In this document: piece after piece, positions 52,144 through 61,934 of the stretch
Position numbering within the stretch: the first letter of the stretch is position 1
Layout: each line of letters opens with the position of its first letter
Translations under genes and position numbers: made by a program
The notes under the pieces: generated by a model
Seen by the model: the letters and a program-made list of their open reading frames with translations, nothing else
Databases searched by the model: none
What the model was told of the DNA's origin: nothing
Virus record (IMG/VR): IMGVR_UViG_3300048587_000705
Coordinates: 34,643 to 98,642 of that record
Reading direction: 5' to 3' (one strand)
From: a virus
Length of the DNA: 64,000 nt

Positions 52144-53283
52144 TTAGTTTATGTACCTTAATACGAGCGGGTCCTTTTCCTCTTTTGGCTGTTGCTTGCC
52201 CGCCTTTGTTTCCTGTTTCTTTGGAATAAGGTTCAATGTTCTCAAAACATTTACGTCCTTTCCCTTTGTGGCCTTTTCACCTATTGCCTTTAGATATTCC
52301 TCTTTGTTGTTCAGGTAAAAAAGGAAGTCGGACAATGCCTCGGGGTCTTTTTTGAGTTCCTCTACCGCCTGCATAATAGGGTCGTTCCCTTTGTCGGCGG
52401 ATATAAAATCGAGCATCGGCTTTATTGCCGTATCTTTCAACCCGTATTTGGAAAGGTGTTCCTTTACCTGTTTTCTTGTGGACTTTACCGTTTCTTTAAA
52501 ATCCTCCTGTGCCTTCAACGCCTTGTCGTTCTCGGATTTTAAAAAGTCGTCAAATCCTTTTTTCAGTGCCTCTGCGTATTCCTCTGCTTCTTTGTCAAGG
52601 CTCAAGTCCTCCTTGCGGTTTTTTATAATAGTGTCAAGGTCTTTTTGTGATAATTTGCCGTTGCTCTCTATCATATACTTTTGACGTACCAGTGCCTCTT
52701 GGTGCGATTCCTGCGTTAGGTCAAACTTTTCAAGGGGGTCGATATAGTTCTTCTTGGCGTTCAATATCTTTGTAAGGTCGCCCTTGTTCTTTGATATCTC
52801 CAATATCTGTAGCGATATGTCGTCAAGTTCCTCTTTGTTGATGTACTTGTCCCTTAAATCCTCGTTGCGCGAGGCTTCCTGTGACTGCTGTATCTGTAAG
52901 AACGTTTCCTCGTCGATATTATCGAGTTCGGACAATATTACTTCCTCTCCGTCTATCTCTATCTTGGCGTCCTGCCAAGAGCCCATCTCTATATATTTTT
53001 TTGCAAGACCTGCGTAGACCGACGGTTGGGTGTTTTCAAGTTCCACCGTTTTTTCTGTACCTTCCTTTTCCTTGGTCGGTGGTGTATTTCTATCTTTTTT
53101 GGGGTCAGTTGCCTGCTCCTCTTGTTCCTGCTCTTCCTCTTCTTGGTTATTGTCACCTTCTACGTTAAAGATGATATCCTCGTTTTCTGATTCCTCTGTT
53201 GTAGGTTCTTCGCTAAACAAGTCAGAAAAATTGAAGTTACCGATTCCGTTAGGTATTTCTAATGTATTCTCTTGGTTTTTCAT
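52144..53283 (-). CDS. Capsid scaffold-like acidic protein
   Basis: Highly acidic and helical, between portal and capsid genes. ATG at 53281-53283 preferred because the TTG at 53289 lies inside the -7 box. Confidence 0.7.
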   Translation of the reverse strand: MKNQENTLEIPNGIGNFNFSDLFSEEPTTEESENEDIIFNVEGDNNQEEEEQEQEEQATDPKKDRNTPPTKEKEGTEKTVELENTQPSVYAGLAKKYIEMGSWQDAKIEIDGEEVILSELDNIDEETFLQIQQSQEASRNEDLRDKYINKEELDDISLQILEISKNKGDLTKILNAKKNYIDPLEKFDLTQESHQEALVRQKYMIESNGKLSQKDLDTIIKNRKEDLSLDKEAEEYAEALKKGFDDFLKSENDKALKAQEDFKETVKSTRKQVKEHLSKYGLKDTAIKPMLDFISADKGNDPIMQAVEELKKDPEALSDFLFYLNNKEEYLKAIGEKATKGKDVNVLRTLNLIPKKQETKAGKQQPKEEKDPLVLRYIN

Positions 53284-53286
53284 TTG

Positions 53287-53318
53287 CAAAGCTATGTATT
53301 AAGTTTTATTCTGCCAAA
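53287..53318 (-). promoter_or_regulatory. Bacteroidota -33/-7 promoter
   Basis: TTTG-N20-TAGCTTTG, 3 nt before the ATG. Confidence 0.65.
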
Positions 53319-53374
53319 TAAGTTAATATTTGACCTCGTTAATTATTTATTGACTTTTATTTGTCAATTTTTTG

Positions 53375-56167
53375 TTAATTTTTATTTACTATACTATTAA
53401 ATCTATCAGCGGCGATTTCCTGTTTTTTTACTTCAAGCCGTTCACGTTCCAATTGTAGTTTTTCTTCTTCTAAAGATATCTTTCTGTTATCGTTGGTAGT
53501 CTTTCTGTTTATCTCCTTGTCTTTCAATTCATTGGTCTTATTGGATTGGTTTTCTCTTTCAACCCTATCCGCCGTGTCGTTTATATATTTAAGATGGTCA
53601 AAGGTGGCGTTTGAATCAGCTGACTTGGCGACCGCAGAAATTCTCGTGCTATCGAGCTTGTTATCACGGTCAAGTGCGTTCTCTCTTGCCTTGAACGCTT
53701 TATCCTGTTTATCTAGTATTATCTCTTTCTGAGCCTCTGTTTCTATCAATTTCTGTTCGTGCGCTCTTTGAGCTTCTATTTCTTTTTGTCGCTCTATTCT
53801 GGACTCTTTTAGTAACTGTATTGTTTCTGTCATAGATTTGCTCGATATAACGCGGGCAAAATCCTCGAGATCGTTGCTAAAAGTATTGTTGTTGAGCAGG
53901 AAACTTCGGAAGGTTTCGAGTTCCTTGCGCTTGGAGGAAGAGCTCAGGGGCCTCAACCCAAACTTCCTTAAATGGAACCATTCATCCGAGAACTGCATTA
54001 ATTGTAAAACTCCGTCACCGTCCATAAAATCGACAGAAATGTCCTTGTCGTTGGTCTGGCAATATTGCGCGACGGCAAGATACGTTTCGAGGTCCTTTAG
54101 CCTTGACGCGTCCATTTTTTGAAATATGTGTTCTATCTGGTTAAAAGAGTTCTGGTTCCCTACCTTTACTCCCTCTGCCGTTACGTATTCCTGTGGCGTT
54201 CCAAGGTCCTGAGGTGTTACCCCTATCTGTTCGAGCATCAGCCTTTTGTAGTACTCGGCCATCTGCATCTTTTGCTGTATCTGCGGGACAAACGTTATGT
54301 CCTGAGCCATCATCGTGTTGTACTGTACCCCTTGTTTGTCGCGGAGGTTCTGTTTTGACGCATCTATCGGCACCATCCCCACATCCCTTGCCATGTCCAC
54401 CATATTGAGCAGTGCCTCCCTTGAATCGCCCATCTCGGCAAAGTCGCTTGTCAAGAAGTTCACGTCAAAAAGAAAGAACATCCCTATTTCCTTTTCGGAC
54501 AGTGAGTGCATAAGGTTCATCTGGTAGTTGTACTCTATCTGGTATGGTCTTAATTTTGCCGCCTCGGAGTTTGTTATAAGCCCCGTTACGGGAAGTTCCA
54601 CGTTATAAAGGTTCGAGTTCCCCTTTATCTGGAACGGCATTGGTCCTACACCCAAGTACAAATCCTCTTTTAGGTATCCGTTGGATGCACATATTTTTAC
54701 ACCTTTGTATACGCGCGGGGCGTAGGTAAAGCAAATAGTGTTCGGTTCAAGTTCCCCATTTCTTTCCTTTACCTCTAGTTCGGCTATTGACAGGCTGCGG
54801 AGTTTTTTTATCCCTTTTTCTTCCAAGAACCCTTCCAATATTTCATCCGTTACAAGTTCTCGCGCCATTATCCCAGAATCGGTCTCGTAGTAAAGGACGC
54901 CTATCCTTTCGAAGGAGCGCCAGTATGCCTCCACTACCCTTATGGTATCGGTACGCACGTCTATGTCCCTTCTTATCCCCGTCAAGCTCGATATGGTTGT
55001 CGGGCCGTCGTGGTAGCTTGGTATCCAGCTTGCCTTTGTTACTTCCTCCCCATCGGAGTTGGTGTAGGTCAGCTCCCCCATTGGACGCCCGAACATCTCC
55101 TGTATTGCAACGTTCGCCTCCCTGTCGTAATAATCCTCTCCGGGCAGGCTCTCAGTCTCTACAAAGTTGCTCTTCATCATCTTTTCAAATGATGGTTCGT
55201 CCCCTGTACTATCACCCCCGTCATAATCAAAGGCGTTCAGAAGTTTTTTCTGGTCGCGCTCGTTTATCATGTACCCGTACAGGTTCACGATGTCCGAGGG
55301 GGAAAGTTCGTGTATCCTGCCTATGTACTCACCGTTCTGTGGGTACTCTATCTCTATGTCCTGTGAAAAGAATGTCGTGATAGGGCTCCACCTTTCGGAT
55401 TCGTGGTAGTCGTACCCTATGCGGTAGTGCTTGAACCACCTTCCAGTCAAGAACTTGTCTATGAAATATTGGTGGTCCTTTACGTCGGCATCGTGTCTTA
55501 AAAGTTCTTTTTCCAAAGTCTTTTCAGCCCACTTTGCCGCAAGTGGCTTCCAGTCGCGCCTCATCGCCTCGTTTATCTGCGGAGGGGTGGCGAGTTGTTG
55601 TTTCTGTTGTTCTAAATATTGTAGGTACTGTTCCTGTTCCTTTGGGTCCTCGAACTGTTTGTTGGGGTCTATCCCCCTTCTTATAAGTGTAGAGTCGAGT
55701 TCGAGCTTGAATCTCTTTTGGGAATATTCGTGCAACCTGTTGGTCAGCTCCCTGTCAAACTCGTTCCTTGAAATCGGGTCCAAGAAATCGACGCGGAACT
55801 TGTCCTTTACGTCGTTGTACTTTCCCGCCAAGTGGTTGCCCAATTGTCCCAGAAGGTCATAGTGGGATACGTATGCGGGTATCTCCGCCGCCTCCATCAT
55901 GTCGGTAATGGGGCGCATTGAATCGGGCGGTCTTTCGTAGTCGGTAGCGGCAAGGTTCCCCTCCACCATAGAGTACAGGTCATTGAACTTCCAGTTGTGT
56001 CGTAGCTGTTGGAGCCCTATTTCCTCCAACCTGTCCATACACGCCCTTTGCCACTTTTTGCCCTTTCTGTGCAATGGGATTGCCTGTGGCGGGAGCGCGG
56101 AGCTGTAGCTTCCCGTCCCTATACCTTGGTACATTTTATAAATGTTGCCCTGTTCTCCGCTATCCAA
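53375..56167 (-). CDS. Portal protein
   Basis: 930 aa, LPPQAIP..K...W; LRPYQIEYN; GVTPQDLG; coiled-coil C-terminal barrel; follows the terminase. Confidence 0.85.
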   Translation of the reverse strand: MDSGEQGNIYKMYQGIGTGSYSSALPPQAIPLHRKGKKWQRACMDRLEEIGLQQLRHNWKFNDLYSMVEGNLAATDYERPPDSMRPITDMMEAAEIPAYVSHYDLLGQLGNHLAGKYNDVKDKFRVDFLDPISRNEFDRELTNRLHEYSQKRFKLELDSTLIRRGIDPNKQFEDPKEQEQYLQYLEQQKQQLATPPQINEAMRRDWKPLAAKWAEKTLEKELLRHDADVKDHQYFIDKFLTGRWFKHYRIGYDYHESERWSPITTFFSQDIEIEYPQNGEYIGRIHELSPSDIVNLYGYMINERDQKKLLNAFDYDGGDSTGDEPSFEKMMKSNFVETESLPGEDYYDREANVAIQEMFGRPMGELTYTNSDGEEVTKASWIPSYHDGPTTISSLTGIRRDIDVRTDTIRVVEAYWRSFERIGVLYYETDSGIMARELVTDEILEGFLEEKGIKKLRSLSIAELEVKERNGELEPNTICFTYAPRVYKGVKICASNGYLKEDLYLGVGPMPFQIKGNSNLYNVELPVTGLITNSEAAKLRPYQIEYNYQMNLMHSLSEKEIGMFFLFDVNFLTSDFAEMGDSREALLNMVDMARDVGMVPIDASKQNLRDKQGVQYNTMMAQDITFVPQIQQKMQMAEYYKRLMLEQIGVTPQDLGTPQEYVTAEGVKVGNQNSFNQIEHIFQKMDASRLKDLETYLAVAQYCQTNDKDISVDFMDGDGVLQLMQFSDEWFHLRKFGLRPLSSSSKRKELETFRSFLLNNNTFSNDLEDFARVISSKSMTETIQLLKESRIERQKEIEAQRAHEQKLIETEAQKEIILDKQDKAFKARENALDRDNKLDSTRISAVAKSADSNATFDHLKYINDTADRVERENQSNKTNELKDKEINRKTTNDNRKISLEEEKLQLERERLEVKKQEIAADRFNSIVNKN

Positions 56168-56197
56168 TGTGTGTTATTAAAGTGTTAAAAATAACTG

Positions 56198-56237
56198 CAA
56201 AAGTACATATATTCTTTCTATCTTCCAAAAATGTCAA
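56198..56237 (-). promoter_or_regulatory. Bacteroidota -33/-7 promoter with upstream TTGACA
   Basis: TTGACA-TT-TTTG-N20-TACTTTTG. Confidence 0.75.
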
Positions 56238-56244
56238 TTTTTCG

Positions 56245-58944
56245 CTACCATTGTCTCCTTCTTCCCTGCGGAAAAAGTCCTCTTGGCTTACGGTTGTTTT
56301 TTAGTTCTTGCAAGCGTTTTTCTTTTAGTCTTATCTCTTCGTCGGTGAGGGGAACTTTTGGGTACATCCCGTTAGCGCTAAAATAATAGTCCGCTCCCGT
56401 CGCACTCATCAAGGATATGATAGTATCCACGTTCTCTCCGGGCCTATAATTTATCATCTCATCGAGTACCCTTATATCTTTATACCTCTCAAATCCCCAT
56501 TTTATTTGTGGGTTGCCGTTTTCATCTTCATAAGTATCCGTTTTTTTAGTGATTGTATTTAAAATACCAAAAAATAAATCTTTGTTCTTTTTTGTAGGAG
56601 TCCATCCAAATTGTCTTCTGCCGTTGTTGTCTATATCTATCTCTGATGTCCCGTCAAAAGATTTTATAAGGTATTTGTCGGTTATGTGGCTACCCAGACC
56701 GTCCAAGAATGTCTTGAAGCCCATATCGGCATTTTCCATAAATACGGGTGCGTTGTACATCTGTATCAACATGTAGATAGTCTTGTAAAACAGGGCGTGG
56801 GGATCCGGCCTTGTATGGAGTGACGCAACTATTTTTCCGTTATCCCTTCTTATTATCGTAAATGACCCAAGTGAGTCGCCGTCAGCTTCTTCAAACTTAT
56901 AATCGTCGAGACCGCAGAGGTAGAAACCGAACGGGGCATTTGGTAAAGGCTCTTCATATATAGTTGGTGGGGAGTCATGAAAACCACCGCTAAAGGGTAC
57001 GTCTGGGTAATCTTTGTCAGATAGTCCTGTTATGACAATATTGTCCTGTTTATCATATCCGAGTACCACTTTTCTCCCAACATCACCTGTTTCTATAAGT
57101 TTTTCTTTATAGAGTTTTATTTCCTCTTGGGGAAAGGGGTTTGTCTTTCCTGAAAGAAATATTTCTTCTGGGTTTATGGGAAAATATACTTTCTCTTTTG
57201 TAAGGGATAATTTGTTGTTTTTTCTGTCCTCTCTTCTTTGCTTTAATATTTTATAGGATTCCCCCCAATCAGTTACTTGTATCTTTATTTTACTCAATTT
57301 TTTACCTTCTTTAGACAGATATTCGTTTAAAGAGATCTCTTTTCTAGTGTGCAATGTTATCACGCTCATCTGTGCGGGAAGAAAAGTTCCAAATTTTCTC
57401 CTTTTCCAAGTAATGTGCTCTTTTGGTATATTTCTTTCGAGCGCGTCCCAGTCCATCTCTGTTATATCCTCTTTCTCTGGATCTTTTAATACTGTCAAGG
57501 CATCTTTTGAAAGGTTTTCATTACCCCCGGTCCCAGAAAGTATGGGAACGCACCTTTTTACGCCCCCGGATTCAAAAGCAGGTTTTGCAGCTTCGAGTTG
57601 TTTTATGAACGGCGCTTTCATACATTCGTCAAGTACAAAGGCGTCGGGCGTAAACCCCGCAAGTACCTCTGACTTACTGTCCCCGCCACTATCAAGGTTT
57701 ATAATGTTCAGGGTACAGAAGGTAATGTTTTTTTGGTTTCTTTTCTTTACCCCCAGTTCTATTTTTTTTGTCCAGTCACCCGATGTATTTGGCAGTTCAA
57801 ATGCTGGGTTGCAGTTTATTACGGTTTTTTTAAAATTTTTCTCTATCTGCCCCAAATCCTTTGCGCTTCCCCCTGCAACTATAAGTTCTTTTCCGCCCTT
57901 TAACGCCGACCATTGTAGGTGCGATGCTATCAATGTTGTCTTTGCGGCACGTCGGGTGGCACATAAAAACATCATTCTGTTTTCTTTTTGTGCGTTCTGA
58001 AAACTGTCCTGTATTATGAACCACTCATTGTCCCTAAGCGGTGGGTTCATCATCTCATCATTGGACTCCATTATACCAGACCTCTCGTTGAATTTAAGTA
58101 CTGGTATGTCTGTTTTAAAAACATTCAGGTGGCAGTACATCCAAGGTGTTATATATACACCGTCGATTGTTATACCGTTTCTTATTTTTTTAAATTCATC
58201 AACGTAAAATTGCAGCGTCTTTTTATCCTGCTCAAAATAATGTTTTTCCTCGTTCCATACTGGTGGGTTTTCGATGTGTATCAACATCTCGTTTTTTGGC
58301 GGGCTTGTAAAATCTATCCCTAAAGACTCTACTTTTTTTCTCACCTCGGGGTATTCATTCTCTATCGCCTCACGTAGACTTAACGGAGCTTTTTTATTAT
58401 CCCTTAATTCAAGTATTGAGTCGTTGTTCTGGTTGTCAATATTGAGCTTGGTTATCTCATCATTTAGTTTTGCCTGATTTTTATAGAGCATGTCATCGAA
58501 CTCGATCTCGTCGCTCTGGTAATCCTTTTGCGTCTTCTTTTCGTCGTTCTCCGTGATTTCGACCTCCCCCAAAACAGAAGAAGACGATATATAATCGTCT
58601 ATCCTGTTGATGTGTATCTTTATAATAGACAACATCCTGTTTATTTCAGTCTTTACTTTGCTATCGTGCCTGTCAGCTTCCGTATTTTGTACAAAATGCT
58701 TTAACCTGTCAAGTATCGTGGTCGCTATCTTATGCTGTATCTTATATTCGGGCTCCTTTCCCTCAGCGAGCGTTTCTCCTTTGAATTTTATGTCCTTTAT
58801 GTAGTAGTATTTGGAATAGGTTATTTTCCCCTCGTTATTCCTTACCACCTGTGGCTTTGACCAATCGTTGTCCTTAAAGTACTTTTGGTATTTTTGGAAT
58901 TGGGGCTTGTTCTTTTTGACGAAAGATTTTAAAAAAGTGCTCAT
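56245..58944 (-). CDS. terL: Terminase large subunit with long N-terminal extension
   Basis: PPLRDNEW, Walker A RRAAKTT, Walker B FVLDE, SGTGG, nuclease GLDDY...SLGS, N.D. Confidence 0.9.
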   Translation of the reverse strand: MSTFLKSFVKKNKPQFQKYQKYFKDNDWSKPQVVRNNEGKITYSKYYYIKDIKFKGETLAEGKEPEYKIQHKIATTILDRLKHFVQNTEADRHDSKVKTEINRMLSIIKIHINRIDDYISSSSVLGEVEITENDEKKTQKDYQSDEIEFDDMLYKNQAKLNDEITKLNIDNQNNDSILELRDNKKAPLSLREAIENEYPEVRKKVESLGIDFTSPPKNEMLIHIENPPVWNEEKHYFEQDKKTLQFYVDEFKKIRNGITIDGVYITPWMYCHLNVFKTDIPVLKFNERSGIMESNDEMMNPPLRDNEWFIIQDSFQNAQKENRMMFLCATRRAAKTTLIASHLQWSALKGGKELIVAGGSAKDLGQIEKNFKKTVINCNPAFELPNTSGDWTKKIELGVKKRNQKNITFCTLNIINLDSGGDSKSEVLAGFTPDAFVLDECMKAPFIKQLEAAKPAFESGGVKRCVPILSGTGGNENLSKDALTVLKDPEKEDITEMDWDALERNIPKEHITWKRRKFGTFLPAQMSVITLHTRKEISLNEYLSKEGKKLSKIKIQVTDWGESYKILKQRREDRKNNKLSLTKEKVYFPINPEEIFLSGKTNPFPQEEIKLYKEKLIETGDVGRKVVLGYDKQDNIVITGLSDKDYPDVPFSGGFHDSPPTIYEEPLPNAPFGFYLCGLDDYKFEEADGDSLGSFTIIRRDNGKIVASLHTRPDPHALFYKTIYMLIQMYNAPVFMENADMGFKTFLDGLGSHITDKYLIKSFDGTSEIDIDNNGRRQFGWTPTKKNKDLFFGILNTITKKTDTYEDENGNPQIKWGFERYKDIRVLDEMINYRPGENVDTIISLMSATGADYYFSANGMYPKVPLTDEEIRLKEKRLQELKNNRKPRGLFPQGRRRQW

Positions 58945-58947
58945 TCT

Positions 58948-59445
58948 TTATCCGCCGTTTTTCTCCATCTGGTCAACTACCATTTGCATAACCTGTTTGT
59001 ACATTGGGTTCTGTTCAAATTCTTTGACAAATTTGTCCCTACCTCCTTTTATGCGCTCCTCCAATTTTTTTCCGTCGACAAAGAACGTACATTTGTTGCC
59101 CTCCGCGTCCATTGCCCTCTGCATCTTTTCGTTCAGGCTGTCGGTGAAATGTGTAGTAAGGTCAAGTGCCTCGGCTACCTTGTACATCCCTATCAATTGG
59201 TTCAAAAGCAGGCGAAGGTCGGACAAATGTTTTTCATAGCTGTACTGTATAAAAATCATGGCGTCCTTTGCCTGTTCGCTGTTTGGGTTTTCCTTTAATT
59301 GCCTTGTAATATCGTTCTTTTTGTCGCCGAACTCTTTTTCCTTTTCTTGAAAAATGTTCAGGTACGCCTGCCAATATTGGAAGTCGGTAACTATTTTTTT
59401 AATTAAAAATTCTGCTTCTTTTGATATCTCTTTTTCTGTTGCCAT
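58948..59445 (-). CDS. Hypothetical helical protein
   Basis: 165-aa ORF in the operon. Confidence 0.65.
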   Translation of the reverse strand: MATEKEISKEAEFLIKKIVTDFQYWQAYLNIFQEKEKEFGDKKNDITRQLKENPNSEQAKDAMIFIQYSYEKHLSDLRLLLNQLIGMYKVAEALDLTTHFTDSLNEKMQRAMDAEGNKCTFFVDGKKLEERIKGGRDKFVKEFEQNPMYKQVMQMVVDQMEKNGG

Positions 59446-59449
59446 GTCT

Positions 59450-59680
59450 CTACTGTGTAAAAAGTTCTGTTTCTGCCGTTTCTTTTGTCTTTGCGCTCTC
59501 TATGGCGTTCAATATCTGCTCGTTGGTGAGTTCTTTTACGTCCGATAGTTTTCCCGTGCCGTTCTCGAAAGTCGCTATCCTCAGAAAACTGAAAAGGATT
59601 TCACCCAACGTATATTCTGGGTATTCACCTATCAATGCCTTTATCTCGTTTATCGCGGCGATTTTATGTGTACTGCTCAA
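59450..59680 (-). CDS. Hypothetical protein; TTG start supplied by the 99-bp element
   Basis: 76 aa, YPEYTLGEILFS. Confidence 0.65.
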   Translation of the reverse strand: MSSTHKIAAINEIKALIGEYPEYTLGEILFSFLRIATFENGTGKLSDVKELTNEQILNAIESAKTKETAETELFTQ

Positions 59681-59777
59681 AATTGTATGTATTAAGTTGA
59701 TAATATTTACTTACTGCTTCACTGGATGCCCATTGGCGCGTCCTCCACAGTCACTTCGGGTATTTTTAGCCCTGTTT
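59679..59777 (-). mobile_element. 99-bp protein-less omegaRNA-like element, copy 2
   Basis: Near-identical to 45605-45703; fills almost the whole intergenic space. Confidence 0.7.
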
Positions 59778-59780
59778 ATA

Positions 59781-60128
59781 TTATTTGTCTGAAATTTTTC
59801 CTGTTAGTCTTAGTGTCGTTTTGTGGCGCTCACCGTTCTCGGTGTACATAATGTGGATGTCTTTCTGTATCTGCCCCGCGTCCTTGTTCTTTACCCACTC
59901 TATATCAGCGGTAAAATTTTTTCCGTCAATTTTGTTGAGTTTAGATTTTACACGGCAGGTGCAACCACTCTGTATGCTCACGGCGGAAGCGTCACTGTCA
60001 AAGACTAAAGAAATGTTAAACTTACTTTGAAAGCCTTTTTGTTTTGTGCCGTAATCGGCGACAAACTTATGGTCACCTTCTTTTGTAAGTGTGACCATCT
60101 GTGGTGTGTTATTTGTTATGTTCAGCAT
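59781..60128 (-). CDS. Ig-like (DUF1573-like) protein
   Basis: DYG...SGCTC...K.I......L.LTGK. Start uncertain; the internal ATG (MLNIT) is preferred over 60191. Confidence 0.55.
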   Translation of the reverse strand: MLNITNNTPQMVTLTKEGDHKFVADYGTKQKGFQSKFNISLVFDSDASAVSIQSGCTCRVKSKLNKIDGKNFTADIEWVKNKDAGQIQKDIHIMYTENGERHKTTLRLTGKISDK

Positions 60129-60147
60129 TTTTATGTTTATATTAAAT

Positions 60148-60429
60148 TCAGTTTTCCTCTTCTTCGGTCCATTTTGGTTCAAGCCCCTCATCCTTTAGCG
60201 AGCAGTATTCCTCGGGAAGTATTGCTTTGTACTTTATCCCGCAGTCACACAGTGTGCATTGTGCGTTGAACCAGTTGAGTACGTACCATTTCCAGTCGTG
60301 CCAAGTCTTGTTTTTCTTGTTGTGGAAATATAGGGGGCACCCCCTGCAAATATCAAGCCTTTTTTGGTACCAGTCCGGTGCCTTGCTTTTTTTCTTTAAA
60401 CGGGATTTAATTATCTTTTTCCAGTCCAT
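60148..60429 (-). CDS. Small zinc-finger protein
   Basis: RLDICRGCP...CTLCDC.I..K......C....KW. Confidence 0.7.
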   Translation of the reverse strand: MDWKKIIKSRLKKKSKAPDWYQKRLDICRGCPLYFHNKKNKTWHDWKWYVLNWFNAQCTLCDCGIKYKAILPEEYCSLKDEGLEPKWTEEEEN

Positions 60430-60860
60430 TAATTATCATTATTCTGGTCTTCCTCTATATCCTCTATCGTCCACCCCGCTTTCTTGTTCCTGTACGCGAT
60501 GCTCTTTATCGTGTGCAGTACCTTGAATCTCTTGGCGCGGTTGACAAGTTTTTTGTTACTGTCCTTGTAATCCTGTATTATATCGTACCTGTCCTCCCAT
60601 ATCTTGAACCGTTTCGGCGTGTTGTTGAATCTCCATTTTACTTCCTTGCAGGTCTTTAGCTGATAGAACGCTGTTCCCAAAAAGTTCATCTGCACCGAGC
60701 AGAAAGGTTTTTCCCTTAATTTTTCGGCTATGTATTTTGCGGTGATGTCGTAGAGTTCTTCTGTTTCCTCTTCCGTCAGGTCTATATTATAGTTCTCGGC
60801 GAGGTTCTTTCTTGCGCGCTCCAATACCTCTTCCTTTCCCGCTACGTTCGATAACACCAT
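60429..60860 (-). CDS. IHF/HU-like or other DNA-binding protein
   Basis: LAENYNI...I...L....SV.MNFLGT pattern; basic. Confidence 0.45.
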   Translation of the reverse strand: MVLSNVAGKEEVLERARKNLAENYNIDLTEEETEELYDITAKYIAEKLREKPFCSVQMNFLGTAFYQLKTCKEVKWRFNNTPKRFKIWEDRYDIIQDYKDSNKKLVNRAKRFKVLHTIKSIAYRNKKAGWTIEDIEEDQNNDN

Positions 60861-60864
60861 GCTT

Positions 60865-61245
60865 TTACTTTTTTACAAACCCTATTGGAAAGAGCCTTCC
60901 CTTTTTTTCGACAAATTCTTTTTTTATCTTTTTCATTTCCTCTGAAAGGTGGTTCTTTTGTGTGTTGTTAATGTCTTTTATCAAATATCCCTTTTTTCTC
61001 AGGTTGTTGTTTATGGTGCGGACGTATCCGTTGCTTATGTCCTTTGACAGGCCCGTTTCAAGGTCCTTTACCGTTTCTTTGTTGTAACCGTATATTATGT
61101 AGTATGCCAGCGCCTGTTTTTCGCGGATTATCAGTTTCTTTGCCTTGGGCGTCACCATGACATATATGTCGAGTATCATCTCTATGAGTTGCAGGTCGTT
61201 GCTGTAACTGCACATAGCGCCGAATGACAATTGATTTTTGGACAT
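60865..61245 (-). CDS. Winged-helix DNA-binding protein
   Basis: ISNGYVRTINNNLRKKGYLIK; first gene of the minus-strand arm. Confidence 0.55.
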   Translation of the reverse strand: MSKNQLSFGAMCSYSNDLQLIEMILDIYVMVTPKAKKLIIREKQALAYYIIYGYNKETVKDLETGLSKDISNGYVRTINNNLRKKGYLIKDINNTQKNHLSEEMKKIKKEFVEKKGRLFPIGFVKK

Positions 61246-61274
61246 ATTTTAAGAAAGCTTTAACTTAATTTGTG

Positions 61275-61306
61275 CAAATATACAACAAATATTTTACATA
61301 TGCAAA
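61275..61306 (-). promoter_or_regulatory. Leftward promoter of the divergent control region
   Basis: TTTG-N20-TATATTTG. Confidence 0.75.
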
Positions 61307-61330
61307 TTTTTTTGTAAAAATTTAAAATTA

Positions 61331-61370
61331 TTGACAAATTTTTTTATCTCGGAACCTTTTTGTATATTTG
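61331..61370 (+). promoter_or_regulatory. Rightward promoter with upstream TTGACA
   Basis: TTGACA-AA-TTTT-N20-TATATTTG. Confidence 0.65.
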
Positions 61371-61389
61371 TACTTTAAAGCAAAAACCA

Positions 61390-61659
61390 ATGGAAAGACA
61401 ACTGAACTCAGAGGAATTTTTCGACGAGATGTGGATGAAGATACCCGAGGAACTTATATCCAACAAGTACATAGACGAAAACTCGGATATGTGGCGCGAC
61501 ATAGTTTTTAAGTTTTATGAACATTACGCGGAAGATAGGATAACGGTAAACCTCGCGGCAAAGATAATCGCCGACACCTTTTATATGCTTTTTAAATATA
61601 AGCCTCTTCTGTGCAACGTTGTCGATGATTATCTCGTCAACAGCCTTGATGAGGAGTAA
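61390..61659 (+). CDS. Hypothetical acidic protein
   Basis: ATG at 61390 (MERQLNS), downstream of the promoter. Confidence 0.65.
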   Translation: MERQLNSEEFFDEMWMKIPEELISNKYIDENSDMWRDIVFKFYEHYAEDRITVNLAAKIIADTFYMLFKYKPLLCNVVDDYLVNSLDEE

Positions 61660-61694
61660 AGATATTTTTGATTTGTGTTTGTTTTGTTATTAAC

Positions 61695-61727
61695 GGACCG
61701 TTCTTTTTAAGAGGGCGGTCCTTATTT
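61695..61727 (+). terminator. Probable intrinsic terminator
   Basis: GGACCGTTCT...GAGGGCGGTCC followed by TTATTT. Confidence 0.55.
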
Positions 61728-61734
61728 AAAAATT

Positions 61735-61929
61735 ATGGAAAAACTTAAAAAATGGTGGGAGTCCACTGGAATGACCAACCTCGCTTTCTTGGCGGTGGGT
61801 ATCGGGGGAAAGATTTTGATGGGGAGCAACCTTATCTTGGGCGCGGGACTCGGAATATTTTTGTACGTCAACTTTAATGTCATACGTAAACTGTTCAAAG
61901 AGAGCCAGTTGGAAAATAAAAGTGAATAA
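61735..61929 (+). CDS. Small two-TM membrane protein
   Basis: 64 aa with Gly-rich hydrophobic helices. Confidence 0.6.
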   Translation: MEKLKKWWESTGMTNLAFLAVGIGGKILMGSNLILGAGLGIFLYVNFNVIRKLFKESQLENKSE

Positions 61930-61934
61930 AAAGT

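Noticed and set aside
53293-53305. 13-nt match (AACTTAATACATA) between the mini-element 3' part and the scaffold promoter spacer
   Set aside because: It falls in the predicted scaffold rather than the guide, and an AT-rich 13-mer match is plausible by chance in 64 kb.
574-61087. Numerous plus-strand ORFs in the track
   Set aside because: They are antisense shadows of long minus-strand genes, with no recognisable motifs.
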